A DNA stretch of 64,000 bases from TPA_inf: Saccharomyces (lineage: Eukaryota): contig BK006940.2 of assembly GCA_000146045.2 (NCBI GenBank), forward strand, positions 32,001-96,000, read 5' to 3'. Position numbers and translations under genes: made by a program. Positions 36,401 through 47,343 of this stretch are shown piece by piece (position 1 is the first letter of the stretch; every line of letters begins with the position of its first letter). Below the pieces are notes generated by a model, which was given only the letters and a program-made list of their open reading frames with translations, did not search any database and was not told the origin of the DNA.

Positions 36401-36698
36401 TGCTCTTGTCGATCATGGGGCATTAATGCATGAGTTACAACTTATAAAACAAGCGATGCACGAAGACGAAATAAAGAATAAAGCATGCCTTCCAGGAGAA
36501 GACAAGGAAGTGGAATCATCAAACGACTTCTTGGGGGAGTCGCATTACAAACCACCGTCAACACCAAAAATTAATCCACCACAAAGCCCTAATAACTTCC
36601 AATTGTTAAGTGCTGGGAGAACTATTCTTCCAGAGGATGATGATTTCGACCCTCGAGGAAAAAAAAAGGTTGAATTCTCTTTCCCAGATGATATCTAG
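33477..36698 (+). CDS. MIL1: DUF726 alpha/beta-hydrolase-like membrane protein (YFL034W, MIL1)
   Basis: 1073 aa. Acidic and Ser-rich N-terminus, a Gly-rich TM region, and a lipase-like GFSIGARV (GxSxG) motif. Confidence 0.8.
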   Translation: MSDSEEDLGVQLKGLKIARHLKESGEHTDEESNSSPEHDCGLSNQDDLTVMHTQAKEEVFKRREEDGTRTEDALHEGEAGKEGTGFPSSQSVCSPNEADSGIDRADKPILLDPFKSVHDTDPVPGTKSRSNSDSDSDSDDGGWQEMPAVSSFNIYNHRGELELTSKVRNSEQASETSPTVPPGKNCKSVNDSRFDYTKMAAEQQAQRSYRTNKKTDFLFDHKVLKKKINSSQTSVNLTSSPSTTSLNNEKNNDDDDDDSYDEYEDDVEPVNDLNRDSQLNITKNLLSDMEKFAYVGAINILANQMCTNLATLCLCIDIKSHKKLAHRLQFTQKDMAAWKTVVLSRLYDHLGISQEEIVMIEKLSLHKIQLEDLCKCLKTTQSIDNPWENDRDHEEDGIEETTERMSPNEQNGSVQASTPDPEQSATPETPKAKQSPLSSDVPGKVLDPENVKSQDKLNIDVAWTIICDLFLICLQSSTYDSRSRTLLINFAKVLNMTSLEICEFERRVTDSLDMEQSTEDQVWDEQDHMRNRRRSKRRKKMAYVALAMVGGSLVLGLSGGLLAPVIGGGIAAGLSTIGITGATSFLTGVGGTTVVAVSSTAIGANIGARGMSKRMGSVRTFEFRPLHNNRRVNLILTVSGWMVGNEDDVRLPFSTVDPVEGDLYSLYWEPEMLKSIGQTVSIVATEIFTTSLQQILGATVLTALISSIQWPMALSKLGYILDNPWNVSLDRAWSAGKILADTLIARNLGARPITLVGFSIGARVIFSCLIELCKKKALGLIENVYLFGTPAVMKKEQLVMARSVVSGRFVNGYSDKDWFLAYLFRAAAGGFSAVMGISTIENVEGIENINCTEFVDGHLNYRKSMPKLLKRIGIAVLSEEFVEIEEMMNPEEVKRKRKLINDVDAAQKKLSERKKHNSWVPKWLKPKKSKWKVMVEEAVEEGRDMQDLPENDVNNNENENPDEHEGIARQKRRDAALVDHGALMHELQLIKQAMHEDEIKNKACLPGEDKEVESSNDFLGESHYKPPSTPKINPPQSPNNFQLLSAGRTILPEDDDFDPRGKKKVEFSFPDDI

Positions 36699-36933
36699 AT
36701 GGCTTTTATTCTATTAAAATGATCTATCATAGACACATTCATAGGTTAAATAGGACGTTCTCCAAAATATGTAACAATACTATATAGAATAATATATGTG
36801 TTTTATTCTGCTTTTAATATTTCCAGATTTTAAAGTTTTGATACAAAATATGAAATTAGGGACTTCAAAAATTCTAATTTAGCCTCGAAATTGAGAAATG
36901 AAATTAGATCATAAATTAACTCTAACAAAGGAG

Positions 36934-36969
36934 AATATATATACGTACATATATATATATATATATATA
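36934..36969. repeat. (TA)n microsatellite in the MIL1/RIM15 convergent intergenic region
   Basis: Sequence reads atatatatacgtacatatatatatatatatatataa. Confidence 0.8.
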
Positions 36970-37114
36970 AGTTATTGTAATTGAGAAAAAAATAAACATC
37001 ATATAAAACTTCCGTTTTAATGAACGGGGGAAAATCCATGATTATTCTCAGATTTGCTTTCAAGCAAAGTTTTTATTCAGTTATTTTTTTTAATTATCTT
37101 TATCTTAAAATTTA

Positions 37115-40100
37115 TCAGTGCGTTTCATCAGAATCGCTCAATATAGTATGCTCTTCATCTTCTTGAGACTTTTTCAGTGCGTACTTAGCCACCAATTTTT
37201 TTAGCTCGTCAAGTTTTACCGGTTTTTCTAAAACATCGTCAAAGACTCTACTGGTTGCCGCCTCCTGAAAATAATTTGTTATGGCCACAATTGGTGTTGT
37301 CGAATTAGCACCATTTGTTTGCTTTAGTAGTTGAACAATGTCAATAGCACCAAGTTTTGGAAGCTTCAAGGCTGTCATAATTAAGTCAAAACTTACACCA
37401 CTAGTGGCTCTACTAACTAGTTCATCACCGGCACCAACACTGACGACGGTACAGCCCAAATTTTCTAAGTCTTTAGTAACCCGATATCTATGAATCGGTA
37501 TAGGCTCACAAACAAGAACATCCATGTGGTATCCAATCTCAGAAGTGCTCGAGCTCTTTCGGCCACTACGCCTCCTGTTTCTTAAAGAGTTAACTCTTGA
37601 TATAGCCTGTAGTCGGTCGCTTTCCTCTGCCGAGAGATCACTGGAATTGGTCCGTTGCGAAAAACTCTTTGATAGAACCCTCTGTCTTGAAAAATATGAG
37701 CTCACGGTGGTGGTATTAGCAGGTGATAGTGGCGACTTGAATTTAGTCATCGTAGGTGAATCCGAGCTATTTGCTGTTGTTTGTTGGTTATCCCCGATTA
37801 TACTACCCTTCCTTGATAATGTTGACGAGTCGATACTAATACTTCGTTCAGGAGAATATGATCTTGTGGAGAATGAATCAGACCTCAAAAATGTTTTGGG
37901 AAATGTGCCAAATGTTGAAGGAGAACCGGATATGGTAGGCTTATGTATTTTCAACTTGCCACCAGATGTAGTGTTTGAAGCGTTACTCCCTGGAGTTGAC
38001 ACTGATCCGTCTGAGGATGACCCCATTAGTGACGCAGAAGAGGTTCTTCTGTGAACCCCAGGTTGTTCAGAAAAATGTTCACTTTTCAGTCTATTTATAG
38101 CATCTTTATTAGCTTTATCAAGAGCCGATAAATTCCTGAAATTAAAAGAACCAAATTCCGTTTGTGAATCATTCAATTTACTTGATCTGCGATCCCTCAT
38201 ATGTGGAGGTATAGCCAGTGACAAATTCTTCAGATTGGGTGAGTTTTTGGCACTTGTAGTAGTTGTACCGGTCCCGTTAGGTGTAATATATCCTGTTTCT
38301 TGAGGTACTGACTCTAATACAGAAGCAATACTTAATTTATTAACCGGTGTATGTGCACCAAAGTCATGCACGCTACTGTTGGAATTATTTGAGCTCCTAT
38401 TAGTGGTGTTACTCATCGATAGTTTACGGGATAAAATATTTTTATGATTCAATGGTGGAGAGAGATTAGCTGCAGATAATTCAGAAACATCGGTGTTAAT
38501 GCCATGTTTACCAAACAAAATATTGGCATTATCGTTTTCGATATCGTCTCCAAAATCTTGGAGCTCTGCACCCCTTAGGTCAAAATAATCAGTATCTTCT
38601 GGATTGTCTATTGTAGGGACAAAAGAAGCTTCCTCATCGTAAACATGATCCCAATCCACATTCTTGAAATAAGGGTGATCTTTAATTTCTTGAATTCCTT
38701 TCGCACCCAGTCTTTTCGCAGGATCCACAACCAACAATTTTTCTATCAAATCTTTTGCCTCTGGTGTTAGGAATTCTCGCTCTTCTTCTTCATTTTTAAA
38801 CTCTGGCCATTGAATGACTCCTGATAGAATTTTCTTAAAAACAGCATCTGGTGTTTCTGCATGGAATGGAGGATACCCTAAAAGTAATTCGAAAAATATA
38901 CAACCAACTGACCACCAGTCGCATTGCTTGTTATCTTCACCCTTTCCTTCAATAGTTTCTGGAGCGAGATAATCGGGAGTCCCAAAAAATTTCTTATTTT
39001 GCTTGCTATCATCAGGATAAAACAAAGCTAAATCCGAAGGTGCTGGCGAAAGGGAAATGTTATTATTCGAGTTAATATTCGTATTGGTAGCTGCGATAGC
39101 ATCTGAAGATAATAGGTCATTAGAAAAGGATTTATTCTCAGTGAGTGATTTCCTTCTCATAATATTATTAGCGTTCGAATTTGTGGGATTTGCTAAAGGA
39201 GGAGTACTAGAACGAGAAATATCAAGGAGGGAAAATGATAATTGAGATTCACTTCTTCTAAGGGACGCTGGGAGATCGATGTTCGAACTTCCGTGTGATC
39301 TGTCCTTCCCACGGTAATATGAAGGATAAACAACAGTGTTCGTACTGGGCGTTGGCGTCATTGAGTGGGAATTGGAAGTACTTGAGTATTCTGAGTGTTC
39401 GTATTGCTGACCTAGTGATGACTTCTTGCTTCTATTATACTGCTTATGATCTGATGTGAAGCTATCTGGGGTTGATAATTGAGAATGATTACTATTGTTG
39501 TTGTTCATGGTAAAATTATTTGCTGGGTTATCGATTGGTAAAGTGGAACTGATACTTAGCGACGACTTATGTGGGACAAACTTGTGACGGCGAATCAGAC
39601 CAGCTCTTGATAAACCGAAATCTGTTAATTTCACATGACCTGCATTATCAATTAGTAGATTTTCAGGCTTTAAGTCATGATGAATGATCCCATTTTGATG
39701 CATATCATTCACACCGACAACGATTTCGGTTAGGTATTGCTTGGCCCATTGATCGGGCAGATACCCCATCATCTTGATTAAAGTGGCCAAATCTCCACCT
39801 GGTAAATATTCCATCACTAAGAAAAGGTTATCTTTATTTTGGAAACTAGCAAATAGTCTCGCAACATAGGGCTTATCACTTTGAACCATCATGATTGCTC
39901 TCTCGGATTTGACATTTGTTACTTGATTTTTGGCAATCATATCTGATTTCCTTAGAACCTTTATAGCAAAATAATCTCCTGTGAGTTTTTTCCGTGCTAG
40001 ATAAACACTACCATAAGCACCTTTGCTGATTGGTTTCAAGATATCGTAATCTTTTATGCTAGGCGTTGGAGATTTAACAGTTTGGTTTGTGGCCAATAAA

Positions 40101-41354
40101 AGGGGTGATAATGGCATATTCGGTGAAGTTAACATTGCATTATTGATACTATCTGTTCTGGCAATATTGGAAGGGTGCTGCTCTGGGGTTAAAAAATCCT
40201 TGGAGAATGTGAAAGGTGAAGATATCGGCGATTTATCATGAATCAGTTTAAAACTGTTTGTCTGCTGCATAGAATGGCTTGCGAGATTACCAAATGATGG
40301 TGAACCACGCCTTGGGGTCAAGGAAATACTTGTCATTAGTTTTGGTAATACTGAGTTTGTGGAATTGTTACTATTAGTCTTGGTACCCGTGGTGGTCGCC
40401 TGAGTAGAGGATGTTATGGTGGTATCTACGGAAGGTTGAGGTTGAAGAGAATCTTTATCTCTAGACAGCATTTCGTTGGTGCGGTCATCATTATCTACAT
40501 GTGAGTATTCTATCTTTTGTCTTGGTGTTATGGATCTTGATCTTATCCCCAGCCTTGACGAAGAGGAAGAAGGTCTTTCCGAGTTACTAGTCCGAGAGTC
40601 GGTGGCTTCACCAATACCATACTGTTTCATACTACTACCCCTACTATTAGTGTTATTATCTCTATCAATAGATATCGTGGATTCGATACTTGGGTTCGGA
40701 ATGATGTCAGCGTTTAAATAGGCATCAGAGAATAATCCGTTTGAGTCAAGTTTCCTTCGAGGTGTCGGTAGTTTCATAACGGTGTTGCTACAACTACGGG
40801 GCAAAGGAGAAGGATGCCTGATATCATTTGCAGTTGGTGTTTCTTCAATGGAAGAAACCGGGAAAGGAATAGGCTCCAGATGAGACTTGGAGGGTGCTTC
40901 AAAGGACGCACATTGGTCGTGTTGGACTTGCAGGGGAGTAGAGGAGGAATATATGAGATTCTCGGCTTCTGGTTGTTGAGAGTGAATTTGCGGCAGTGGG
41001 GAATGAAATATGGAAGAAGACCTTAAATTCATTGGGTGAGTTAGGATTGCATGCTTATTTATTTCAATTTGCTCGCGGATCAGTTGTACCACATAGTTGT
41101 TGACCTCGTTTTTAATCTTTAAAGAATAGGTCATTGCGTTATCCAACCTCAACACGGCATCCACTTTTTTCCTTGCCAAGTCCAGAGTATCGTGAATCAA
41201 AAGAGCTAGTCCAGGATCCTGATCATCATTGAGAAAAAATCTTGATTGCCACGACGTGACGTTTTGAATGTTGTGGTTAGTCCTTGGGGAAAACTGAAAA
41301 TATGAATTCAAGCTAACTGTATCTTTTTGGATAGGGAATTGATCTAACAAAGCA

Positions 41355-41386
<32 letters not shown>

Positions 41387-42427
41387 GTTATTATTACCAT
41401 TATCTTGAGGAAATGTTGAAAGACTGTGGTAAAGATCAGGAACCATTTCACTCGGGTTGATATCTATGGCGTCCTGACACAGCTCTCTTAAGGAGTCTAA
41501 AACTTGGTTAAGGAAGTTGTTGGAACGTACCTGTATCTGACTGCCCTTATACTCTGAATCTTTCGTGAAGTTTGCCAAGATCGCCTGTTGCTCAAGAAGA
41601 TTATCGTGTAGTAATTGTATGAGCGATTCCGTTCTATGCTCGCAAACGCAACTTTGCGAATGGGTCTCCAACCACCAAACAGGGACAAAGTTCTCACAGA
41701 CCCGGCATAGTTCCATTTTTGGCAGAGGTAGATTGAACTCGTCTATTATCATTTCCAGTCGTATTCTCTTCAAGTACTGCACGAAGATCTTAGCGCCGAA
41801 CCCAAGCGTCTTGGCGAACTCTTCGGGAAGTTGGATATCGATATCGTCGCAATTATCGGATAACTGGATGACCATGTCGTCTTGAGCGTCTTCGTTGGCA
41901 TAAAAGTCTGACCAGTCGTTTGTGCGAGGCTTGACTATCCACATCGTGTGAGAGGGCAACTGTGTGTGGCCATCCCTGATTAAGATACCACGTGCTTCCA
42001 AGGTCGTTATCGTACTTTCATCGTCACAGCCTGCGCTACCTTCATAGTCGGCTGCCTTTATCTTGAACGTTATAGTGCAACTGGTGTCATCATTCATGAG
42101 CAGCATGTCTGTGGCCTTTTGAAAGACACCTTTATCTTGATCGGATCCGAGAATAAGGTCTGCAATGTACGTCGGAGAAGAGCCACTATCATCGGCGACT
42201 CCTGTGATCGTGTTCCACTGTGGAGAGCCATATCGCACCTTGCCGTCCAGTTCCAGCTCCAAGATCATACACGGATTCTTCTCTGTGGCCAGCTGCAGAT
42301 ATTTTTCATAATTGGAGGAAGTCAATGAGCTTGGGTTCGAATTCGATGATATCGGGGAGAGCTTGTTTATGCCAAGTCCCTCTTTCATAGCCTGAGATCC
42401 GCCTGCGGTGTTACTTCTATTGAACAT
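37115..42427 (-). CDS. RIM15: PAS-kinase-like nutrient-signalling protein kinase (Greatwall family) with C-terminal receiver domain
   Basis: 1770 aa. Kinase motifs …IIHHDLKPENLLID… and …DFGLS… are split by a long insert. A response-regulator-like domain sits at the C-terminus, and a poly-Asn tract is present. Confidence 0.93.
41356..41398. repeat. (AAT)n trinucleotide repeat encoding poly-Asn within RIM15
   Basis: The plus strand reads ttattattattattattattattattattgttattatta. The minus strand encodes N14 flanked by more Asn. Confidence 0.85.
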
Positions 42428-43178
42428 CTGTCTTCCTCTACTGGGCTTATCTATTCTATCAAATGAGGCAAGAGAAAGGAAAGGGAAAAAAAAAAAGGGA
42501 AAATGCTTGATGAGTTAGGAATTCAGTAAAAGCACCCACCAGAACCTCTACAGCAGGCCTTCCAGGAGTGGTTAAGAGGATAGAGAATTCTGTATATATA
42601 TATACGTCTATATCTATACAAAAAACGGCAGACAATGCAGAAGTTGAAAATGCTGTGATACGAACAACAACTTATTTTTACAATGAAAAACAACACCAAG
42701 CTGCCAAAAGCTGTATATTAAAGTTAAAGCTCCCTCATTTTTAGTAAGGACGCTTTCTTTTCCCACAAAAGGGACGAGGAAAAAAAGAAAAACCTGGAAA
42801 TATAGTCACGTGACATGAATAAACAAGACCTAGGGCAATATGGAAAAAGAAGCTAGGATAAAAATACATTTATGAGGGTTGTAAGGCAAAGTGGCTCAGC
42901 ATTAAGTAGGGCTAAAAAGAGTCGCAAATATACATCGTACCGAGTGATGAACGTGGTTTTGAACACCTTGTTCTCTTTTGTTCTCGCTCCCTACATTCAC
43001 TATATATTAGAAGAAATTTCACCTCAATGGACAACTCGAGAAATGAATACAGAAATATGTTTTTTAGCGAAATTTTCCTTTCTTCTTGTCTTCTTGTTTT
43101 ATTTAAACTTCCAAGGCTTTAACTCAGTGTCAAACATAACAACCTCCTCCTCCCCCACCTACGACAACAACCGCCACT

Positions 43179-44147
43179 ATGGAAATGACTGATTTTGAAC
43201 TAACTAGTAATTCGCAATCGAACTTGGCTATCCCTACCAACTTCAAGTCGACTCTGCCTCCAAGGAAAAGAGCCAAGACAAAAGAGGAAAAGGAACAGCG
43301 AAGGATCGAGCGTATTTTGAGAAACAGAAGAGCTGCTCACCAGAGCAGAGAGAAAAAAAGACTACATCTGCAGTATCTCGAGAGAAAATGTTCTCTTTTG
43401 GAAAATTTACTGAACAGCGTCAACCTTGAAAAACTGGCTGACCACGAAGACGCGTTGACTTGCAGCCACGACGCTTTTGTTGCTTCTCTTGACGAGTACA
43501 GGGATTTCCAGAGCACGAGGGGCGCTTCACTGGACACCAGGGCCAGTTCGCACTCGTCGTCTGATACGTTCACACCTTCACCTCTGAACTGTACAATGGA
43601 GCCTGCGACTTTGTCGCCCAAGAGTATGCGCGATTCCGCGTCGGACCAAGAGACTTCATGGGAGCTGCAGATGTTTAAGACGGAAAATGTACCAGAGTCG
43701 ACGACGCTACCTGCCGTAGACAACAACAATTTGTTTGATGCGGTGGCCTCGCCGTTGGCAGACCCACTCTGCGACGATATAGCGGGAAACAGTCTACCCT
43801 TTGACAATTCAATTGATCTTGACAATTGGCGTAATCCAGCCGTGATTACGATGACCAGGAAACTACAGTGAACAAGAACACTAGCCCCAGCTTTTGCTTT
43901 CTGCTTTTTTTCTTTTTTTTTTTTTTTAGTCGTGGTTCTCTGATGGGGGAGGAGCCGGTTAAAGTACCTTCAAAAGCAGAATGCAGGGTTATTGGAAGCT
44001 TTCTTTTTTTCTTTTATGCTAGTTTTTCCTGAACAAATAGAGCCATTCTTTTCTTATTACTAAGAAATGGACGGCTTGCTTGTACTGTCCGAAGCGCAGT
44101 CAGGTTTGAATTCATTTGAATTGAATGATTTCTTCATCACTTCATGA
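43179..44147 (+). CDS. HAC1: bZIP transcription factor of the unfolded protein response; exon 1 43179..43839, unconventional intron 43840..44091, exon 2 44092..44147
   Basis: The unspliced ORF 43179..43871 gives the 230-aa Hac1u form ending …AVITMTRKLQ*. Joining exon 1 (ends …CCAG) to exon 2 gives a 238-aa product ending EAQSGLNSFELNDFFITS*. The bZIP basic region is RRIERILRNRRAAHQSREKKR. Confidence 0.9.
43840..44091 (+). other. HAC1: HAC1 252-nt Ire1/tRNA-ligase-processed intron
   Basis: 5' site tcCAG|CCGtga and 3' site tgtCCG|AAGcgc both fit the Ire1 loop consensus CNG|(C/A)NGN. Intron segment 43944..43954 (tgggggaggag) is complementary to 5'UTR 43147..43157 (ctcctccccca), the translational-block pairing. 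Confidence 0.85.
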
Positions 44148-44830
44148 AGACAATCGCAAGAGGGTATAATTTTTTTTTTCTCGTTATTATCGCTGTTGGT
44201 GGGTTTTTTCTTTTCATATATTTCTTTTTCGCTTAGTGGTTTCTACTGTTCTGTCTCCGGTTAGTGTGTGCTACTTCAACCGAAGAAGAAGAGGCTTTTC
44301 AAGAATGCAAACGTGAGGTTGGCGCGCCCTCCTACAATTATTTGTGGCGACTGGGCAGCGACACTGAACATAGCTCTTGAACAAGACCCTTTTTTGGCTG
44401 CAAGGAGCAAGACTGGCTGGGGTTCCACCTCAAAGAGCCACGCTCTGCTTTTTTTCTATCTGTTTGTGTCATATCTATCTGTCTATTTATCTATATATAT
44501 ATTTTTTTATATAAAACTATAAAGAATTCTTGATGTATGCCCTTAGGTTGGGCAGCTTTTCAACCTTAGACTTGATGCTAACGCCGCTCTGTTCCTTCTC
44601 CCGTGCTCCCGCAAGCGAACATCTCCCCCTAACTCCGGGCCAATGAGTGATAACTATATCAAATACCTTCGAAAGGACCTTAGTCATCATATCACTCTCA
44701 CTCTCACGGCTCTCTGTAGTCCTCCTCGAGGAGTGGCCAAGAATGTTCTGTTCCGCAGTCTTTATATAATCGCACTGGTTGAAGACGAAAGCTCATATAA
44801 TTCTTTTTCCATAGCCTAAATACACCAACG

Positions 44831-45988
44831 ATGACTAAATCTGTAGATACGCTGCTGATCCCAGGCCCCATTATCCTAAGCGGAGCAGTCCAGAAGGCCC
44901 TGGACGTTCCCTCTTTGGGCCACACCTCTCCTGAGTTCGTCTCTATTTTTCAAAGGGTGCTAAAGAACACAAGAGCTGTCTTCAAATCCGCTGCTGCCTC
45001 GAAGTCTCAGCCTTTTGTGCTTGCCGGCTCTGGTACGTTGGGGTGGGACATATTTGCCTCGAACTTTATTCTTTCGAAGGCCCCCAACAAGAACGTGCTG
45101 GTCGTATCCACTGGGACATTTTCTGACAGGTTTGCTGACTGTCTGCGTAGCTACGGTGCGCAAGTAGATGTTGTTAGGCCCCTCAAGATAGGCGAATCAG
45201 TTCCCTTAGAACTGATTACTGAAAAGTTGTCGCAAAATAGCTATGGGGCTGTCACGGTTACGCACGTTGACACTTCAACGGCAGTGCTGTCCGATCTGAA
45301 AGCCATTTCGCAAGCGATTAAGCAGACTTCGCCGGAAACGTTCTTCGTAGTCGATGCTGTATGCTCGATTGGATGCGAAGAGTTTGAATTTGATGAATGG
45401 GGGGTGGATTTCGCCTTGACTGCTTCGCAAAAGGCTATTGGCGCTCCAGCGGGTCTTTCTATCTCGCTATGCAGTAGCAGATTCATGGATTATGCACTCA
45501 ACGACAGCAAAAATGGTCATGTACATGGGTATTTTTCCTCGTTGAGAAGATGGACACCAATAATGGAAAATTATGAGGCTGGTAAAGGAGCTTATTTTGC
45601 AACCCCACCCGTACAACTAATTAATAGCCTTGATGTAGCCTTGAAAGAAATTCTCGAAGAGGGGTTGCATAAGAGATGGGATTTGCACCGTGAAATGAGT
45701 GATTGGTTTAAAGACAGTTTGGTTAATGGCTTGCAATTGACATCCGTCAGTAGGTATCCTTCTAACATGTCTGCGCACGGGTTGACAGCCGTATACGTAG
45801 CAGATCCTCCTGATGTCATTGCTTTTTTAAAGTCACACGGTGTAGTCATTGCCGGAGGTATTCACAAGGACATCGGACCCAAGTATATCCGTATTGGACA
45901 TATGGGTGTGACCGCTTGCAACAAGAATTTACCGTACATGAAGAACTGCTTCGACTTAATAAAACTAGCTCTTCAGAGGAAAAAGTGA
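44831..45988 (+). CDS. AGX1: Alanine:glyoxylate aminotransferase (class V PLP aminotransferase)
   Basis: 385 aa. Class-V aminotransferase fold with a PLP-lysine region (…TASQKAIGAP…). Confidence 0.9.
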   Translation: MTKSVDTLLIPGPIILSGAVQKALDVPSLGHTSPEFVSIFQRVLKNTRAVFKSAAASKSQPFVLAGSGTLGWDIFASNFILSKAPNKNVLVVSTGTFSDRFADCLRSYGAQVDVVRPLKIGESVPLELITEKLSQNSYGAVTVTHVDTSTAVLSDLKAISQAIKQTSPETFFVVDAVCSIGCEEFEFDEWGVDFALTASQKAIGAPAGLSISLCSSRFMDYALNDSKNGHVHGYFSSLRRWTPIMENYEAGKGAYFATPPVQLINSLDVALKEILEEGLHKRWDLHREMSDWFKDSLVNGLQLTSVSRYPSNMSAHGLTAVYVADPPDVIAFLKSHGVVIAGGIHKDIGPKYIRIGHMGVTACNKNLPYMKNCFDLIKLALQRKK

Positions 45989-46010
45989 TTACCCTCGTAC
46001 TTTTCATTTC

Positions 46011-46034
46011 ATATATATATATATATATATATAT
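46011..46034. repeat. (AT)12 microsatellite in the 66-bp AGX1/CAK1 convergent gap
   Basis: Sequence reads atatatatatatatatatatatat. Confidence 0.85.
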
Positions 46035-46054
46035 GTACCTATATATTCTTCTTA

Positions 46055-47161
46055 TTATGGCTTTTCTAATTCTTGCAAGATTCTTTGACAGCTCCATCTT
46101 TCGTTTGGTGAAAATGAAACCATCCCCAGGATACAATTAATGAACTTCTGCTTGACTTTGACATCCGCAATCTCGTCCAGTCGAGGCATATTCCTCTCAA
46201 CAATGCTAATCTGTACATCTTTCTCCTGGTCCAGTACATACTTGCCATCGCCATCTGCACCAAACATACCAACAAATGCATCAACCGAGCCGTGTTGCGC
46301 AACCTCTTCCCATTTCTGAATGGACGGTATGCCCAACTTTTCGAATATTGAGCAAATCAGTCTGAAATCGCTTCCATCTGAGTTCATGTCGTCGCTGCCG
46401 TCATCAATCATGGCCGGAACGTGCCCCATACGGCTTGTTTCTCTCTGGAACCACTGAGAAATAATTATCAACAACGACCACACGTCCACGCCACCATCAT
46501 AGCATTTTACTCCAAAAAGCACTTCTGGGGCCTTGTAAATTCCTGTGCTTATATCCGTCACCTTGCTATCCATGGGTTCCGCACTTGTTTGTGAGTTATT
46601 TGCCATGTCATAAGAGATGCCAAAATCAATTATGTACAACTTTGGGGATACGGTGCTGGTATTGTTTGTTAGCATGATATTTTGCGGTTTGATGTCGCGG
46701 TGAATGATCTTGTTCTCATGTAAGAATGCAATCCCTTCAACCATTTGCCGGAAAAAGGACAAAGAATACCGATTGACGTCCAATTGATTAGTATATTTCT
46801 GAACGGGGGGGTCCGCAACAATTGGGATACTGGGATTTAGCAAATCGTAATAGGGATTTTTTTTTCTTCTATCTCTTTTATAGTGCATTTGCATGAACTC
46901 ATAAAGGTTCATCTCTTCAAAGGGAAACAACAACAATAGGTCATTATTATCGGTAGCCTTAGACTCTAGAAGAGGTAAGATGTGCTTACATTTGTTGCCC
47001 AGTTTGTTTAATATCGATACTTCGAATTTGGCGTTATGTGGCGGGATATCGAAATCTAGTGCTAGACATTTAATGGCATATGTATCCGACCTATAAATCC
47101 TAGCAGTTCTAGTAGATTTGACCAACTGACAGTGTGTAATGTCTATACTATCCAGTTTCAT
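46055..47161 (-). CDS. CAK1: CDK-activating kinase, atypical protein kinase lacking the Gly-loop
   Basis: 368 aa. Catalytic loop HRDIKPQNIM and DFG (…IIDFGIS…). No GxGxxG motif, as is characteristic of Cak1. Confidence 0.9.
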   Translation of the reverse strand: MKLDSIDITHCQLVKSTRTARIYRSDTYAIKCLALDFDIPPHNAKFEVSILNKLGNKCKHILPLLESKATDNNDLLLLFPFEEMNLYEFMQMHYKRDRRKKNPYYDLLNPSIPIVADPPVQKYTNQLDVNRYSLSFFRQMVEGIAFLHENKIIHRDIKPQNIMLTNNTSTVSPKLYIIDFGISYDMANNSQTSAEPMDSKVTDISTGIYKAPEVLFGVKCYDGGVDVWSLLIIISQWFQRETSRMGHVPAMIDDGSDDMNSDGSDFRLICSIFEKLGIPSIQKWEEVAQHGSVDAFVGMFGADGDGKYVLDQEKDVQISIVERNMPRLDEIADVKVKQKFINCILGMVSFSPNERWSCQRILQELEKP

Positions 47162-47343
47162 TAAGATGGGCGTGAATTTTGTTGCCTCTCTTCTTCATCT
47201 GGCCTCTTTGCTTCTATGAGACTTCTGTCGTTTTCCTTTTTTTAGGATCACAAACTACTTCTATAACTTAAATAGTCAAATCACATTTTCCACTAAGATA
47301 CATATTTTCTATACAGGGGGTCTTTGCAGTTATATATACTCAG

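Noticed and set aside
37524-38054. 176-aa antisense ORF inside RIM15 (also 39057..39245, 40056..40241, 40476..40721, 40814..41026, 41565..41885)
   Set aside because: All are embedded antisense in a long, well-supported kinase ORF. They are shadow ORFs from the Ser/Asn-rich coding strand.
42872-43192. 106-aa ORF upstream of and overlapping the HAC1 start (YFL032W-like)
   Set aside because: It overlaps the HAC1 5' UTR and start codon, has low-complexity composition and no recognisable domain. It is a likely dubious ORF.
43337-43825. 162-aa antisense ORF inside HAC1
   Set aside because: It lies entirely within HAC1 exon 1 on the opposite strand with no domain signature. It is a typical shadow ORF.
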